From the NCBI RefSeq assembly GCF_011386835.1, contig NC_088797.1, forward strand, positions 41,726,001-41,790,000: a stretch of DNA of 64,000 nt, given 5' to 3'. Source of the DNA: Chrysemys picta bellii (lineage: Eukaryota). The position numbers and the translations under genes were made by a program. The notes beneath the pieces were generated by a model, which was not told the origin of the DNA, ran no database searches, and was given only the letters and a program-made list of their open reading frames with translations. This document shows, one piece after another, positions 49,123 to 62,325 of this stretch (positions are counted from its first letter, which is position 1; each line of letters begins with the position of its first letter).

Positions 49123-51836
49123 CTTTCCCCATTAATTTCAATAGGTGTTAATTCAGGGGTCAATGGTACTTTTAAAGATCAACCTTAACCCTTTCATTGT
49201 TCAAAGCATATAAGAAAAGAGGGTTTCTATCCATCGATATCATGAAGATCTACCCCAAAAAAGTTAAGGACACATTTTAACACAATTTAACTTCATTTCA
49301 TTAAAATTATAAAGTTAATTAAATTTATAAATTAAATTCTAAAATTTCATTAAAATTCTAAAATATGGGCAAGCCTCTAACACAGGGCAAGGTTGAAGGG
49401 GAGGGTGGGAGGTTTCATTTCCCTGAAGGGCTGGGGGAGGGAGGAAGGAGCGGTTCAGCAAGATTCCTGCTCCAGAGAATTTGAAATTAGAAGAGGAGAA
49501 CACATAAGGAAACCTAGTATTTATATATAAACAAAAATCCTCTTCACTTCTCGAGGTTAAACTGGTGACTCTCAATATAACCAGTCACCTATGAAACCTA
49601 AGGCTAACATTACATCCTCTGTGTTCCCAGCATTTTTCTTGCTTTCCTAGACTCCTCTCAAAGATTTAAATCAAAGACACAAGCTGACAGACTATTTTCT
49701 TTCAGGAGTTGTAACTGTCTCTAGTGAAGCAGAACTGGCTCAAACGTCACATGGCCTCAAGGTGCAAAAAGTCAATCTTAATGGGTGGTATTGCTGCTTC
49801 CCATCTCAAGAGCTGCACTTCGTCTGTAGTGAAGATATTGTCACAGTTTTGCCAAGTCTCAGTTGAAATATAGGTAACACTTTTTATGAAGGGTACATTT
49901 GTAAATTGCTGAAGGATTAACAAATGTTACAAGCCTCAAACTGTGGGGAATGCAAAAGTTATCAGGGGAGTGCAAGGACCAGATAGGTTAAGAATTTTTC
50001 TTGTTTCTTGTTTTCTAGTTTCTAGCCGAGTCTCCAGCTCCTGCTGGCTCCCGGACCACAGACATCTGTGGAAATACTGTTTTTAGACAGAGGGTGACAT
50101 GTATGTAACATAAATCTCTGAATGGGGGTGGGGGGGGGTCAGAAAATGTTTGGAAACCTCTGTTATAAGCATGTTACAGGCATTAATAGTGAGTTATTAG
50201 CAACCTCTTTGGCTCCATTATAATTGATTTGTTACATATTAAAACTGCTATCAATCATTTATTAACTCTTTTTGTTCACCCATGAGTGAAATCCTTAAAA
50301 TATAACAAAAATATTGGTAGTACATTAGCCAGAGGCATCTTTGTTTCTTTGTTGTTTGTTTTTTACATTCACAAATCCTTTCCTGTAGATGAACAAATTA
50401 AGAATAAGCCTGTTCCTCTAACTAGATAGTTGAAAATAGACATTAAGAGCTTGTCCCAGAGTATCATTCACCTAAATAGTTCCAAAGGCCAACCATGTAA
50501 AAGCCCTATCTCTGACTGTCACAGACAAATAAAAGCTTCAAAATGCAAGAGTAATAAACTAAAGGGTAACATGAAATAAATAGTTTACTTTGGGGCTTTA
50601 AGATGTCTAATGTGTGTTAAGTTTGACACTGGAAAATAATTTTTATTAGTTAGCTTCTATATTCCAGTGGGCAGCGAACAAATATATGAACAGGGGCTAA
50701 TGGAAAAAAAGCTATTTTTATTTAGCTGAACACTGCTGAATAAGTGAAGGGGGAAAAGGTAATATCAACAGGGAAATGCACAGCTTTTAGCTAAATAAGC
50801 AATTTTAAGACTCGCTTTGCTATTTTATTTAGTGCTATTCCTTTTGCAATCTGTGGTAAAGTCAGCACCAATTATAAAACTTTTATTATAAGCTGTTAAC
50901 ACTCCTCTTTTGAGTTCTAAAGAGATTAGGCTTGCATTAAAATAACTCCTTCAACTTGCTTTTATATATAAGCATTTTTCATTACAAAGACAGTTAGCTA
51001 ATTTTCATAACTGAATTAGATATATTACTGTTTCCTTTGATGCTGTGTAACACTTTTTGGTTCTGTTAAGTGGAACATAATTACACTTTTTCCCCCTCTG
51101 CACATCATAAATCACTCATCTTTCTGACAGCTTCAAATAACTATTTAAGCTTTAGAAAAGTATGCAGTTATGTGAACCTTAGTTTAAAACTTATGTGAAG
51201 TTGCTAAGCTTTTTGATGCTAGGAAGGGATTAACCCGAAAGCTCTGAAGGTTGGTGGCTCTATTCCATTTCTTACCTTCAGGCACTATTCTCCCAGAAAG
51301 CCATTTCATCCATCGCTTTAAATTGAAGATTATACCAAAACAATCTTGAGTATTTATTTCCTTGAAATTTGTGAACTCCTTTTGTAGTGTTAGTTGTGAA
51401 TATTTAGAGCCACTATTCATGGTAGCCACTAGGGTGCACATAGCAAGGAGGTAAGGCTCCATGTAAACAGGAAATAAAGACATCTCGCATTCACCGTAAC
51501 CATGCTCTGCAGGCCTCTAATCTCTACACCTCCCACTTTCAGTGCTCATGCAGAGACCCATTGGACCAGTTCTCTTCTTTCCCTTTCAACCTTAAAATAT
51601 CTTGGAAAGATAGGTGACCATGTTGGTACACTCTCACACTGCATTAGCTCATATTATAGTGTTTAATACAAGAGAGGCAATTAATAAAACATGGCATAAC
51701 AATAGCACTTCATGAAACAGTGAAAAATAGATATTATGAACTAAAGAATGTCTTTGTCTTTACAAAGATATTCCGCACATTGTGACCATATTTGCTGAGA
51801 TCAACAGAAAATCTTTTTATGCTTAGTAAACTGATG

Positions 51837-52662
51837 GAACATAAGAATGGCCATAGCAGGTCAGACCAATGGTCTATCTAGCCCAATATCCTGTCTTTTG
51901 ACAGTGGCCAATGCCAGATGCTTGAGAGGGAATAAGCATGACAGGGCAATTTTTGTGTGATCCATCCTCTGTCCTCCACTCCCAGCTTCTGACAATCAGA
52001 GGTTTAGGGACACATCTTGGCTAATAGCCACTGATGGACCTATTCTTCATGAACTTATTCTTTTTTGAACCCCATTATGCTTTTGGCCTTCACAACATCC
52101 CCTGACAACGAGGTCCACAGGTTGACTGTGCATTGTGCGAAGAAGTACTTCCTTATGTTTGTTTTAAACTGGCTGCCTATTAATTTCATTGGGTGATCTC
52201 TGGTTCTTGTGTTATGTGAAGGCGTAAATAACACTTCCTATTTATTCTCTCCACACCATTCTTGATTTTTTAGACCTCTATCAGATCCCCCCTTAGTCAT
52301 CTCTTTTCCCAGCTGAACAGTCCTAGTCTTTTTAATCTCTCCTCATATGGAAGCTGTTCTATACTCCTAATCATCTTTGTTGCCCTTCTCTGTACTTTTT
52401 CCAATTTTAATATATCTTTTTGAGATGGGGTGATCAGAAATGCACACGGTACTCAAGGTGTGGGCACACTATAGATTTATATACAGGCATTATGATATTT
52501 ACTGTCTTATTATCTATTCCTTTCCTAATGGTTGCTAACATTCGGTTAGCTTTTTTGACTGCTGCTGCACATTGATCAGATGTGTTCAGAGAACTATCCT
52601 CAGTGACTCCAAGATCGCTTTCTTGAGTAGTAATAGCTAATTTAGACCCCATCATTTTGTAT
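51837..52662 (-). mobile_element. CR1 LINE 3' fragment (second subfamily, ...CTTATGTTC tail)
   Basis: The minus ORF reads [36 protein letters not shown]. The 3' UTR begins GAACATAAGAATGGCCATA on the plus strand. Confidence 0.9.
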
Positions 52663-52747
52663 TACCCTCCACACTATTTAAATCTCTGCACTGATATTTC
52701 ATGAGCAGAAAAAGTCATAAAAGGAGAAACACAGGATCTTCACTTAC

Positions 52748-52810
52748 CTCACATAATACCACACATATTGAAGGCTATGAGTGCCAGCAACTGCTATTCT
52801 GGCACATGCA
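52748..52810 (-). other. Candidate 63-bp internal exon of an unidentified transcript
   Basis: The minus strand reads ggctcccttattacag|TGCATG...TATGTGAG|gtaagtg. There is one open frame (ACARIAVAGTHSLQYVWYYV), and the product is not recognised. Confidence 0.3.
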
Positions 52811-53140
52811 CTGTAATAAGGGAGCCAAGGCAACCCCAAAGCTACCTTTTAGTTTATAAAAAAATCCAACCCTGCTTGGTTTAGAGTAAAAATTTCTTGC
52901 TTGGAGGTAAGGAACTTTGCATTGTATCAAATGTAAACTCTAACTTTCTTTGGAATTGGAAAAATTGGGCTCATATAAAAATATATCCTGTCAGCAATGT
53001 TTGTGGCCTACTAAAGTAGGACAACACTGTACAAATGTTGCAAGTGTGCATAGGAGTCTTCCCCTCAGAGTGAGCACAAATCATAGTAAAACATCCTGAC
53101 TGGAAGCGTAACTGGCTGGCTGGTTTACTTGATAGGCCTG

Positions 53141-53143
<3 letters not shown>

Positions 53144-53204
<61 letters not shown>
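53144..53204. repeat. (GT)n microsatellite, about 30 units
   Basis: Directly visible, uninterrupted. Confidence 0.97.
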
Positions 53205-53209
<5 letters not shown>

Positions 53210-55047
53210 GTTCACTGTATTAGGAGTCATACCTCAGCTAATGGGATCCTCCTCTCTGAAGAACTTAAATAACCCCTAACTTAGACCCAGCTCTCCAAGG
53301 TGGGTGACTGCTGATAGCACTGCTATAAAGACTCAGGAACATGTAAAGATAAAGTAGGAAAGGGCATACCTACTATAATATATTGGAAAAGTGGAGGAAT
53401 ACTGCAGAGCTATATTGCAGTTTCGGAATGCATTCAGGTGACCAAAACCAAAGTACTCTAGAATATACATTGATTAGTTTTGTGAGTATGTCTAACTCCT
53501 TTTATTCCCTGACATTTGGGTGAGTGAGCTTTTATGCACCAGAACATAGAGTGAAAACTAAACCATCGCTAATACTAGCCAAAACTAATATTCACAAGAA
53601 TGTTTTTACTGGAAGTGCTCTGGGGCCATTTTGAATTTTTTTATTAATAATTATTATTATTCACATTAAATTTTCTAACAATTACAATTGCTTGCAGGTA
53701 ATTTTCTCTTTTTTATAATGCCTAGATCATCCAGTTGGCCAATCAAAACACCACCATGAGGCTTAGGTGATCAGCTGTAAGGCACAAATTGTGAATAGCA
53801 AATTGCCAGTTGTTAACTATGCAAAATAGCAATAGTTGCAAATAGTTGTTACACCTAGCAATAGCCAGAGTGACTTGTCAACTTCTGACTTGTTTGTACA
53901 ACACTCTACCTGGAAAAATTGCAGCTAAGCATTAGTTCTTAAAAATCTATTTGCAGCTAATTCATGGGGAAAGTATTCAGTTCATAAGAAGTTTATTCCA
54001 GGAATTGAACTAGCACTAGCATGCAGTATCTTTGGGACATTATCACTATGCCAATAAAATGGAGCAATGATACATTCTTGTAAGGGTTCCCCCCGCAAAA
54101 AAAAATTACTGCATAATACATTCACTACTATGCTTACACGACCACACCTTAGATTCTTCTCTTCAGCTTCTCCGATAAAGGACAGCAGTATAGTCACCTC
54201 TGATACGTTTAATATATGCACAGATAAGAATTGAGTGTGTTTGCCAAATAAATGAATTCAGCAAATAGTTGCACAGCCAAATTTGCAGCCCTTAGGATAG
54301 CAATAATTCTGGTTTGGCCAGCCAGCCGTAATGCAGCAATGTTCTCAGGCAAAGCCTCAATAAATATATATTCCATCACTATGCCCATTTTTTAATAGAA
54401 GGGAGGACAATTTTCTGTAGTTCACTGACCTCTAGTATCAGAATTATGAAAGGCTAAAAGTGCTGAATCTACTCTTGCAAATGAGCTTTTATGTAACTCA
54501 GAACAAATCTGGGCAGTGAGGTGTCTCTAATATGTTACCTTTTTTCCTTCTGTCAGATACTGAAAATTAAGATTATACTATGTTTTTATTCAAATTTGGG
54601 TCATGTCTCCTCCTCCAGACCTGCCACTCCCTGTTTTGTTTTGGTTTTTTTGTTTTGTGAATAGGATATTCTGCAACATGTTTCTGTAGCAGGTGATGCT
54701 GGGTAAGCCCCCAACTGTCTGGATGCTTCAACACCATAATATTTAAATAGTTCTCTAGATTTTCCTAATAATTTCTTGACTGCAAAGCTGGTCTAGAAAT
54801 TTCATAAGAACAAACTTAAGTGATTGCTCGCCCACAGCAATCCAGCATCTCATTTTGCAGTTCTGTTTGTAAACTATAAAAACAGGGGCTTATAAAAGTT
54901 TGAGATTGAGACAATTAATCTAACACTATCAAATCTCACAGAAAGTTTACTTTAGATTCACATGGGGCAACTGTCTGGGTAAACTCTTAATTTCTCACCA
55001 CCTTTCCCTATTATTGGTCTCAACTGAATGAAACTGAACCACACTTA

Positions 55048-55324
55048 GGCCTGGTCTACACTACCACTGCCGGTTCATCTAAGCTACGCAATTTGAGTTA
55101 TCTTAGTAGCGTACTCAAGTCGACATAGCTTAAATCTACTTACTGCGGGGTTCACACTAAGCTATGTCGATGAGAGATGTTCTTCCGCCAACATTGCTTC
55201 CACATCTTGTTGAGGTGGAGTACAGAAATCGATGGGAGAGTGCTCTCCCATTGACTAAGCATGTCTTCACTAGACCCGCTAAATCGATGCCGCTGCTTAG
55301 TTTGTCCATAGTGAAGACAAGCCC
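55048..55324. mobile_element. PIF/Harbinger-like MITE
   Basis: TIRs GGCCTGGTCTACACTA / TAGTGAAGACAAGCCC and TTA TSD on both sides (55045-55047, 55325-55327), the TWA target typical of PIF/Harbinger. Confidence 0.85.
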
Positions 55325-55754
55325 TTAGTTATGGGCAATTCCAACACCTACCCACTTCCTTGCACAAGTAAATGTCCCAATAGAGAGGAAATCCAGTGCA
55401 ATTTATCAATCAAGGGTAATTGGCCCATACAATTAATGTGAGATCTGTCAGATTATGTAGGTCTACTAGCCAAACTCTTCTATTACCTTCCCCTCCAAAA
55501 GGGGGTGAATAGCTGTAGATGTCAACCAGCCCTGAGGCTGCCACAATAGTTATCAATTGTTTTTGTTGCAGCTCTATGGCCTAAATGGGAGGAGTGAATT
55601 TCCCTATATACACCCATCCCCATTGTTGACTCCTTTCCCCAAGCCTGTTGACTTTGCCTTATCACTAGGCAGTGGATTTATCCCTAAAAGCTTGGTATTA
55701 TGCTGCAGCCCCATGAAGACACATGTGCCAACACAGGAGAATCTGATTCCTGAA

Positions 55755-56277
55755 TCGAGCTAGTCAAAAAAATTTCCATTTGATTCATTTTCTGATGGAG
55801 AATGCCCTTTTTGCAAAACCAAAATTTTGTTGCAAAAAATCAAAATGATGGCTCCTTGACTGCCCACCCAAAAGGCTCTTGTCAAGTTCATTTTCTGCCA
55901 GTGAAATGGGCAAAAGTTTTCCTGGAGGGCTGCTGAAGCAGAGTTCTGGGGAACGGGGAGAGACAGAACTCAGATGCTCTGCTTCTGCACCTCCACATCA
56001 GCTCCAGGAGGCAAAAGAACCTCAAAGGCAAAGGTGCCCCAACTCTCTGCTGGTCTGGAGCTGGAGGTTTAGCAGGGAGACTGAAGGCGTGGGCTCTCTG
56101 CCTCCAAGTCTGCCAAGAACCTTTCTGGTAGGCAACTGCAAAGCCAAAAAATTCCATTTTGATTCTCCCTCAACTGGAATTTGTCTTTGAAACCCTTTCC
56201 ATGACAAATTTCACGTCTGATGTTTCAAAAAGATGATTTTCCCCCCAGAAATGGATTCCCTTTTTCAGACAGCTCTA
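55755..56277. mobile_element. Decayed hAT-like MITE (TAGAGCTGGTC-type TIR)
   Basis: Ends TCGAGCTAGTCAAAAA / TTTTCAGACAGCTCTA and TSD TTCCTGAA / TTTCAGAA (6/8). Confidence 0.5.
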
Positions 56278-57937
56278 TTTCAGAATTTTAAATATCCTGT
56301 TAGCCTTGTTTACCTCTTCCACTGCATTAGCTGCAGATTGCTTAATGCATCATCTGAATTGGTTTGAATTATGCAAGTTAGATTTATTAGTCCTCTGAGG
56401 CCTTTTTTAAATGTCAGGAAGTGAATTTAGTGCTGTTGAAAGGTGCCAGATTAATACATCATTGGAGACTGAAGTCTTCTACTTTCAGGAGAAAGTACAG
56501 CACTTCGATTCCTACTGATGAACCTCACACTCAATCTACATCTAGAAGGGGCATATAGCTAAAACCATGATTTTTAAACGTGTAGTCTCCAATTAGACTG
56601 AAGACAAAGGTGTCTGTGAAATGCTGTGGTTGTGAGCTCATCTCATCTACCTATTTAGATTAAAATATCAACTAATTTTCCTTCGACCAATGCACTTCAG
56701 ATAATCACTTTCATTATCCTCTGCTTGGAAACTACTTTAACCTGAATGACCTGAAACATAGTGTCTTTCAGAATGCATTTTTCCCCATTAAACATGGCTA
56801 AAATGGTTAGCTCCTCTTGAGTTTTGAAGTTTCACTAAAACTAAAAAAATTTCATGTTTTATGACAAGTTTGGGCCATAAAAACCTTTGTTTTGAACAAT
56901 CCATTGAGCATGTGTGTGTATATAGAACTATTGATGCTTAGAAGTTGTTTTCAAATTACTTACAGCCAATGTTAATAAACTTCATTGCACACCACAAGCA
57001 CAAAAATATGGAGCATTTATTGAATGTAGGCCTGTGATATTTTATTTAGATGATTAGGTCCTGAACCTAATATACTTTGAATTGCTTTTCTCACATTATG
57101 CAATAAGATAGATGTTCCTGTGCATTAAAAATTTAGCTTCTATTATATCTGTGATTCTGTAAAAAGAGACCTGTCATTACATATCACAGTGAGATCATAC
57201 TTAGCATTCAATGAGCCTGCAAGCAAAAATGTTTTACAGATTTTTAAAACTTGTAAAAACACTCTTAATTTTAATGTGGATACATATAATACTTGCTTTT
57301 CACCACCGCCATCAGTTTATTGCAAGGATTCAAGCATTTTTTTAAAGTGATTGTTTTTGGTCTCTCTCTTAAGTGATCAAAACTCCCCTATTAATGATTA
57401 CAAATTAGCTAAACAAGCACAGTAATTACTTCCAGTTGATTTACAATGAATACCACAAACCCACAATCCACCTCAAATGCTGGACTTATTTACTGCATGG
57501 AACTTGAGAGCTTGTGTAATATCCTACATACTAGTGCTTTTGTTTAAACATTTAAAAGCTAAAACACCTTCAAACATTTTTGTGTCCAATCCTGCATTCA
57601 TTGTACACCCACAAATGGCCACCAACATCACTGAGCGTTTGAGTGTATGGAGAATACAGATTCAGACCCATAACATCAGCCAGCATTTAATAAGAAAAGC
57701 AAACCAATTAAAAAACAACAAATGTGTTACAGTCTCTGTAGGTCTGTGTATCTAGTTAGTGAGGCATCCAAGAAGAGGGGGAGTCCACTATTTATTATAA
57801 ATATTGAATTGGTAACCATCACTGTAGTATCCACGTTCACAACAAGCAAGGGAAAAACACCTCCTATGTAAAAAGTTAAAACATTATTCAGCACTTTGTA
57901 AGGACAGAGATGAGGAAGATTGCTATATGGATTAAAA

Positions 57938-58334
57938 CAGTAGTTCTCAAACTTTCCAGACTACTGTACCCCTTTCAGGGGTCTGATTTGTCTGGCGTGC
58001 CCCCAAGTTACACCTCACTTAAAATTACTTGCTTACTAAACTCACACATAAAAATACAAGTGTCACAGCACACTATTACTGAAAAATTGCTTACTTTCTA
58101 TTTTTTTATAATTATAAAATAAATCAATGGGAATATAAATATTGTACTTACATTTCAGCATATAGTATGTAGAGCAGTCATTGTCTGTATGACATTTTAG
58201 TTCGTGCTGACTTCGCTAGTGCTTTTTATTTAGCCTGTTGTAAAACTAGGCAAATATCTAAGTGAGTTGATGTACCCCCTGGAAGTCCTCTGCGTACCGC
58301 CAGGGGTACACGTACCCCTCATTCAGAACCACTG
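57938..58334. mobile_element. hAT (Charlie-like) MITE
   Basis: TIRs CAGTAGTTCTCAA / TTCAGAACCACTG and a perfect 8-bp TSD GATTAAAA. Confidence 0.9.
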
Positions 58335-59250
58335 GATTAAAAGACAATAGAAATTATTGCCACAATTATCGAGAAACCTACAGAAAGTCATGCATCTTCC
58401 AGTGCATTCCGATTGGGACCAGGCTTGGCTTAAAGCCAATCTTGGCAACAGCTAATTCCAGAGGCAACGGTCCATTTCTGAGAATGGCCCTGCTTCTGAT
58501 TTGCTTGGGCTTCGTTCTTTGGGATGGTTAACCTTAAATGTCCTAGAACATTGGAGACGGTGGTGTGGGCCATATCAGAGATTTATTCCCAACCCATGAC
58601 AGGCTTTATAGATAGTAACACCTGCATCATATATTACACACATTTACTAGCAGCCAGTGCTGAGCAGAAGTGCAATATCTTCTCAGGATCCACCTGGATG
58701 GATGGCAGGTGAACAAGCAACATTCCATGTTAACTGAAGATTCTGGTGCCTTAGTATCAGTCTCACTGAGAGCACAGTGCAGTAGCATAAACAAGAAGTC
58801 ACAAAAGCATGGATGCCTGAAGTGAATCAGAGGAAAAGAGGGTTCTCCTTTCTTGCTATCTGTAAACGCAGAACAGTAAAACCTGAAAAAGAGGGACCAC
58901 TTTGACATGGGGTAAGCAGATCCCTTCAACCTATGGGGCAGTTAGATTATTTTCCTCAAGACATTTGCTCTTGTCTAAGGAGTGCTCAGTAGTCTAGGTC
59001 CCTGTCTCTTCCAGAATCTATGAAAGAAGAAGAATGGCTCTGAAAAGACCTTCAGGGGAATTTCATTTGTATATGGATGACCCTACAGCTTACACTACCT
59101 TACAATCTCCCCAGCCCCAGTAGCTTCAAAGACCTTTCAGACAGGATCAAGTAGAACCACTTAAAACAATTCTTCTCCCTCTCAAGTGCAACAAACATTG
59201 GCATTTCCTAATTAACTGAATCAAATCTCACCACCAAAAGGATCTCAGAT

Positions 59251-59854
59251 TAGAATCATAGTTCTGTAAGGGACCTTGAGAGGTCATCCAATGATGGAGA
59301 TTCTACAATCTTCCTAGGCAATTTTATTCCAGTGCTTAACCACCCTGACAGGAAGTTTTTCCTAATGTCCAACCTAAACCTCCTTTGCTGCAATTTAAGC
59401 CCATTGCTCCTTGTCCTATCCTCAGCGGTTAAGAAGAACAATTTTTCTCCCTCCTCCTTGTAACAACCTTTTATGTACTTGAAAACTGTTATCATGTCCC
59501 CTCTCAGTCTTCTCTTTTCCAGACTAAACAAACCCAATTTTTTCAATCTTCCCTCATAGGTCACGTTTTCTAGACCTTTAATCATTTCTATTGCTCTTCT
59601 CTGGACTTTCTCCAATTTGTCCACATATTTCCTGAAAAGTGGTACCCAGAACTGAACACAATACTCCAGTTGAGCCTAATCAGCGCAGAGTAGAACGGAA
59701 GAATTACTTTTTGTGTCTTGCTTAAAACACTCCTGCTAATACATCCCAGAATCATCTTCACTTTTTTTGCAGCAGTGTTACACTGTTGACTCATATTTAG
59801 TTTGTGATCTACTTTGACCCCCAGATCCCTTTCCACAATACTCCTTCCTAGGCA
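59251..59854 (-). mobile_element. CR1 LINE 3' fragment with internal deletion near the tail
   Basis: The minus ORFs read [44 protein letters not shown] and ERDLGVKVDHKLNMSQQC. The TAGAATCATAG terminus is at 59251. Confidence 0.92.
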
Positions 59855-60660
59855 GGACATATTATGTCTCTCCACTACACTTATGAGATCAGACCATTGA
59901 GACTCAGGATATTTATGTACTGTGTCCTGCTCTGAAGCCTGACTGATAACAAAAAAATCCAGATGTCAATTGCTATCATCACCTAAGTCCTAGAAAAGGG
60001 AGTTTAAAGACCAAGTGATCATTTGGCCAAACTCTCTCTCAAATGCAGCCAGACTGCCATGTGCTTGAGGGTGGCTAACAGCTGGCCATCCCTCAAGAAG
60101 GCATTAACAAGCCTTAGCAATTGCAGGTGCATTTACTCCCTACTCAATCTTACCATCAACAAGGGCCAAGGACCCAATTCACAGGTGACCATGTGGACCT
60201 TCCAAAATGTCTCTTGAACGCTGGATTGGGAAACTGCATTATTGAAGAAATAATAGTTTACTTGCATATGATTACGGCACATCAGATTATCTGTAATTAA
60301 TCTGGGTTTCATACATTTTAAAATAACTACTTTGCATTTGGCTTTTATTTATATTAATTAAAAAAAAACCTCATCTGCACAAATGAAAACTTTATCATTC
60401 AATATATGGTACCTAATGATAAAATCTTGTCTTGTGGTCCTCTTTGTGATGAGGCTTTACATAAAGGCAAGTTTTACAAATAATATAAACTGGAGTCACT
60501 TGACCCACCTGTAAAATGCATCCATCCTCTCATGAGGAAAATGATATATATTGAATAACTCACAGCAACACACCGCAGTATAACCACCTGCTTAACTTTC
60601 CTATGTATTGTTTTTTGGGGTAGGCATGTTACATTTCCTTGAGCTTTTAAGACTTGTGAC

Positions 60661-60783
60661 CAGCGGTGCTAGAACAATTTGTGGAGGTGCTGAGAGCCAT
60701 TGAACCTAACTGTAAACCCTATATATGGCAGAAACCACTTAAAGCCAGTGGGTGCAGCAGCCCCCTCAGCACCAGCACTTATG
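60661..60783. mobile_element. Short hAT-type MITE
   Basis: Perfect 8-bp TSD CTTGTGAC (60653-60660, 60784-60791) and imperfect TIRs CAGCGGTGCT / AGCACTTATG. Confidence 0.75.
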
Positions 60784-62184
60784 CTTGTGACTGAAGACCT
60801 GGGGGAAAGGCAGTGTGTGACACCATGTTCCAATGCCTTTATGTATAAGTTTAACAGTTAGTCTAAATAGAGCCTACTCACTTACAAATTGTCAAAATAC
60901 AAGAAACTGATCAACTATTTTAGTACGTTGTTCATCGTAGAACTAAGTTGACATGATACTGCAAGTTCTAGAGATTTGAAGAAATGATACTAAGTTCAGA
61001 ATCACAGTATGGGGGGGTGGGTAGGGGGGGGATTAAGAATTGTATTCATCTTCACAATACACACATTATTTCCATCTGTTTTCCAGGCTGAAAAAAAAAG
61101 GTTTTAAAGCAAGAGCCTGTACCATTGCTGCTACTACTGACGTATCACCTTAATTCAGTCATGTCTAGATTGCTTTACCTAATGGGCACAGGCTACAGCA
61201 TAATTTGTTTTTGCCAATTTAATAGTCGATTTTATTGGAGCTGGACCGGGCACAAACTGCTACAGTAAAACCTGAGGAAGAGTTTCTATTAAAACATTAT
61301 TTCAGCAAGTTTCACCATTTGGGCATATTTTTCATCCCATGTGTCTATCTTACAGGTGGCTTTTTATTTTGTATTTTTTCAAGTTTAAGCAAAATCCCAC
61401 TGGCTGTTACTGAATGAGAAGAGTGGATTTTTTCTTCTTAAAAAAAAAATACTGCAACTTTTTTCAGAGGGTAATGGCATGTTTGAAAAGTTCAAAGTGG
61501 AAATAAGGTAGACCTTTAACTGCAACGTTATCAACCATAGGAACAGATTACCAAGAGAAATAAATAATTTGTCATTACTTGAAGTCCTTAAATCATAAGA
61601 ACTGACTCTCTCTCTAAAAAGGGATGCTCTCTTGAACCATTTATTCCTTCAATGGTTTGGTTCCCTGCTACTGAAATGAATAGTGAATGAAGATCTAGGA
61701 GTTATGCTGTGCAGGAGGTAGGAGTAGGTTGATTATAGTTTTCTATTCTGGCTTTAAAAATCCATGAAAATAGACTGAACCTTTAAACATGAAATTTGAT
61801 ATGTATGTAGTCTTTGAGCACGGGCTTTGGTAAGTCCAGGGCACCTGGGTGTAAAAGGAGTTAGGAATGTTTGAAAATCAACTCGGTCATACAGAGTAGA
61901 ACCTTTAAAAAATATATTATGTAAAAACCTGAGTATGCAAATCATTGAAAAGAGTTGTAGTGCAACACCTCGGCCCCTGTACTGCACTACACAGGTCACA
62001 ACAGCTTTCTGAATGTCCAGGATCTAATAAAAAGAGATACTTTTCTTTTCCCTCTTGCTGCTTCCCCACCACTCAAGCACTACAGAATGAGCATGGGGCT
62101 GAGAAGCAGGAAGCAAAGTTCTATTTCAACCTCTTCCTCTGATTAATGTTAATACTCGATACTTGAAAAACCTTATTTTAGACT

Positions 62185-62325
62185 CACAGCAGTGCCCTAA
62201 GAAGTAAGCAAATATTGTCCCCCATTTTATAGTTAGGGTAGCTAAAGAACAAAGTAGTTAAGTGACCTGCCCAAGATGAGATAGGAAGTTTGTATGGCAA
62301 GGCTGCAAGTGAACCCAAATCACTG
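62185..62325 (-). mobile_element. MIR/CORE-type ancient SINE fragment
   Basis: CCCCATTTTATAG...GTTAAGTGACCTGCCCAAG resembles the antisense CORE domain. Confidence 0.6.

Noticed and set aside
58627-58929. 100-aa minus-strand ORF with several AG acceptor-like sites
   Set aside because: No matching donor and no recognisable protein similarity.
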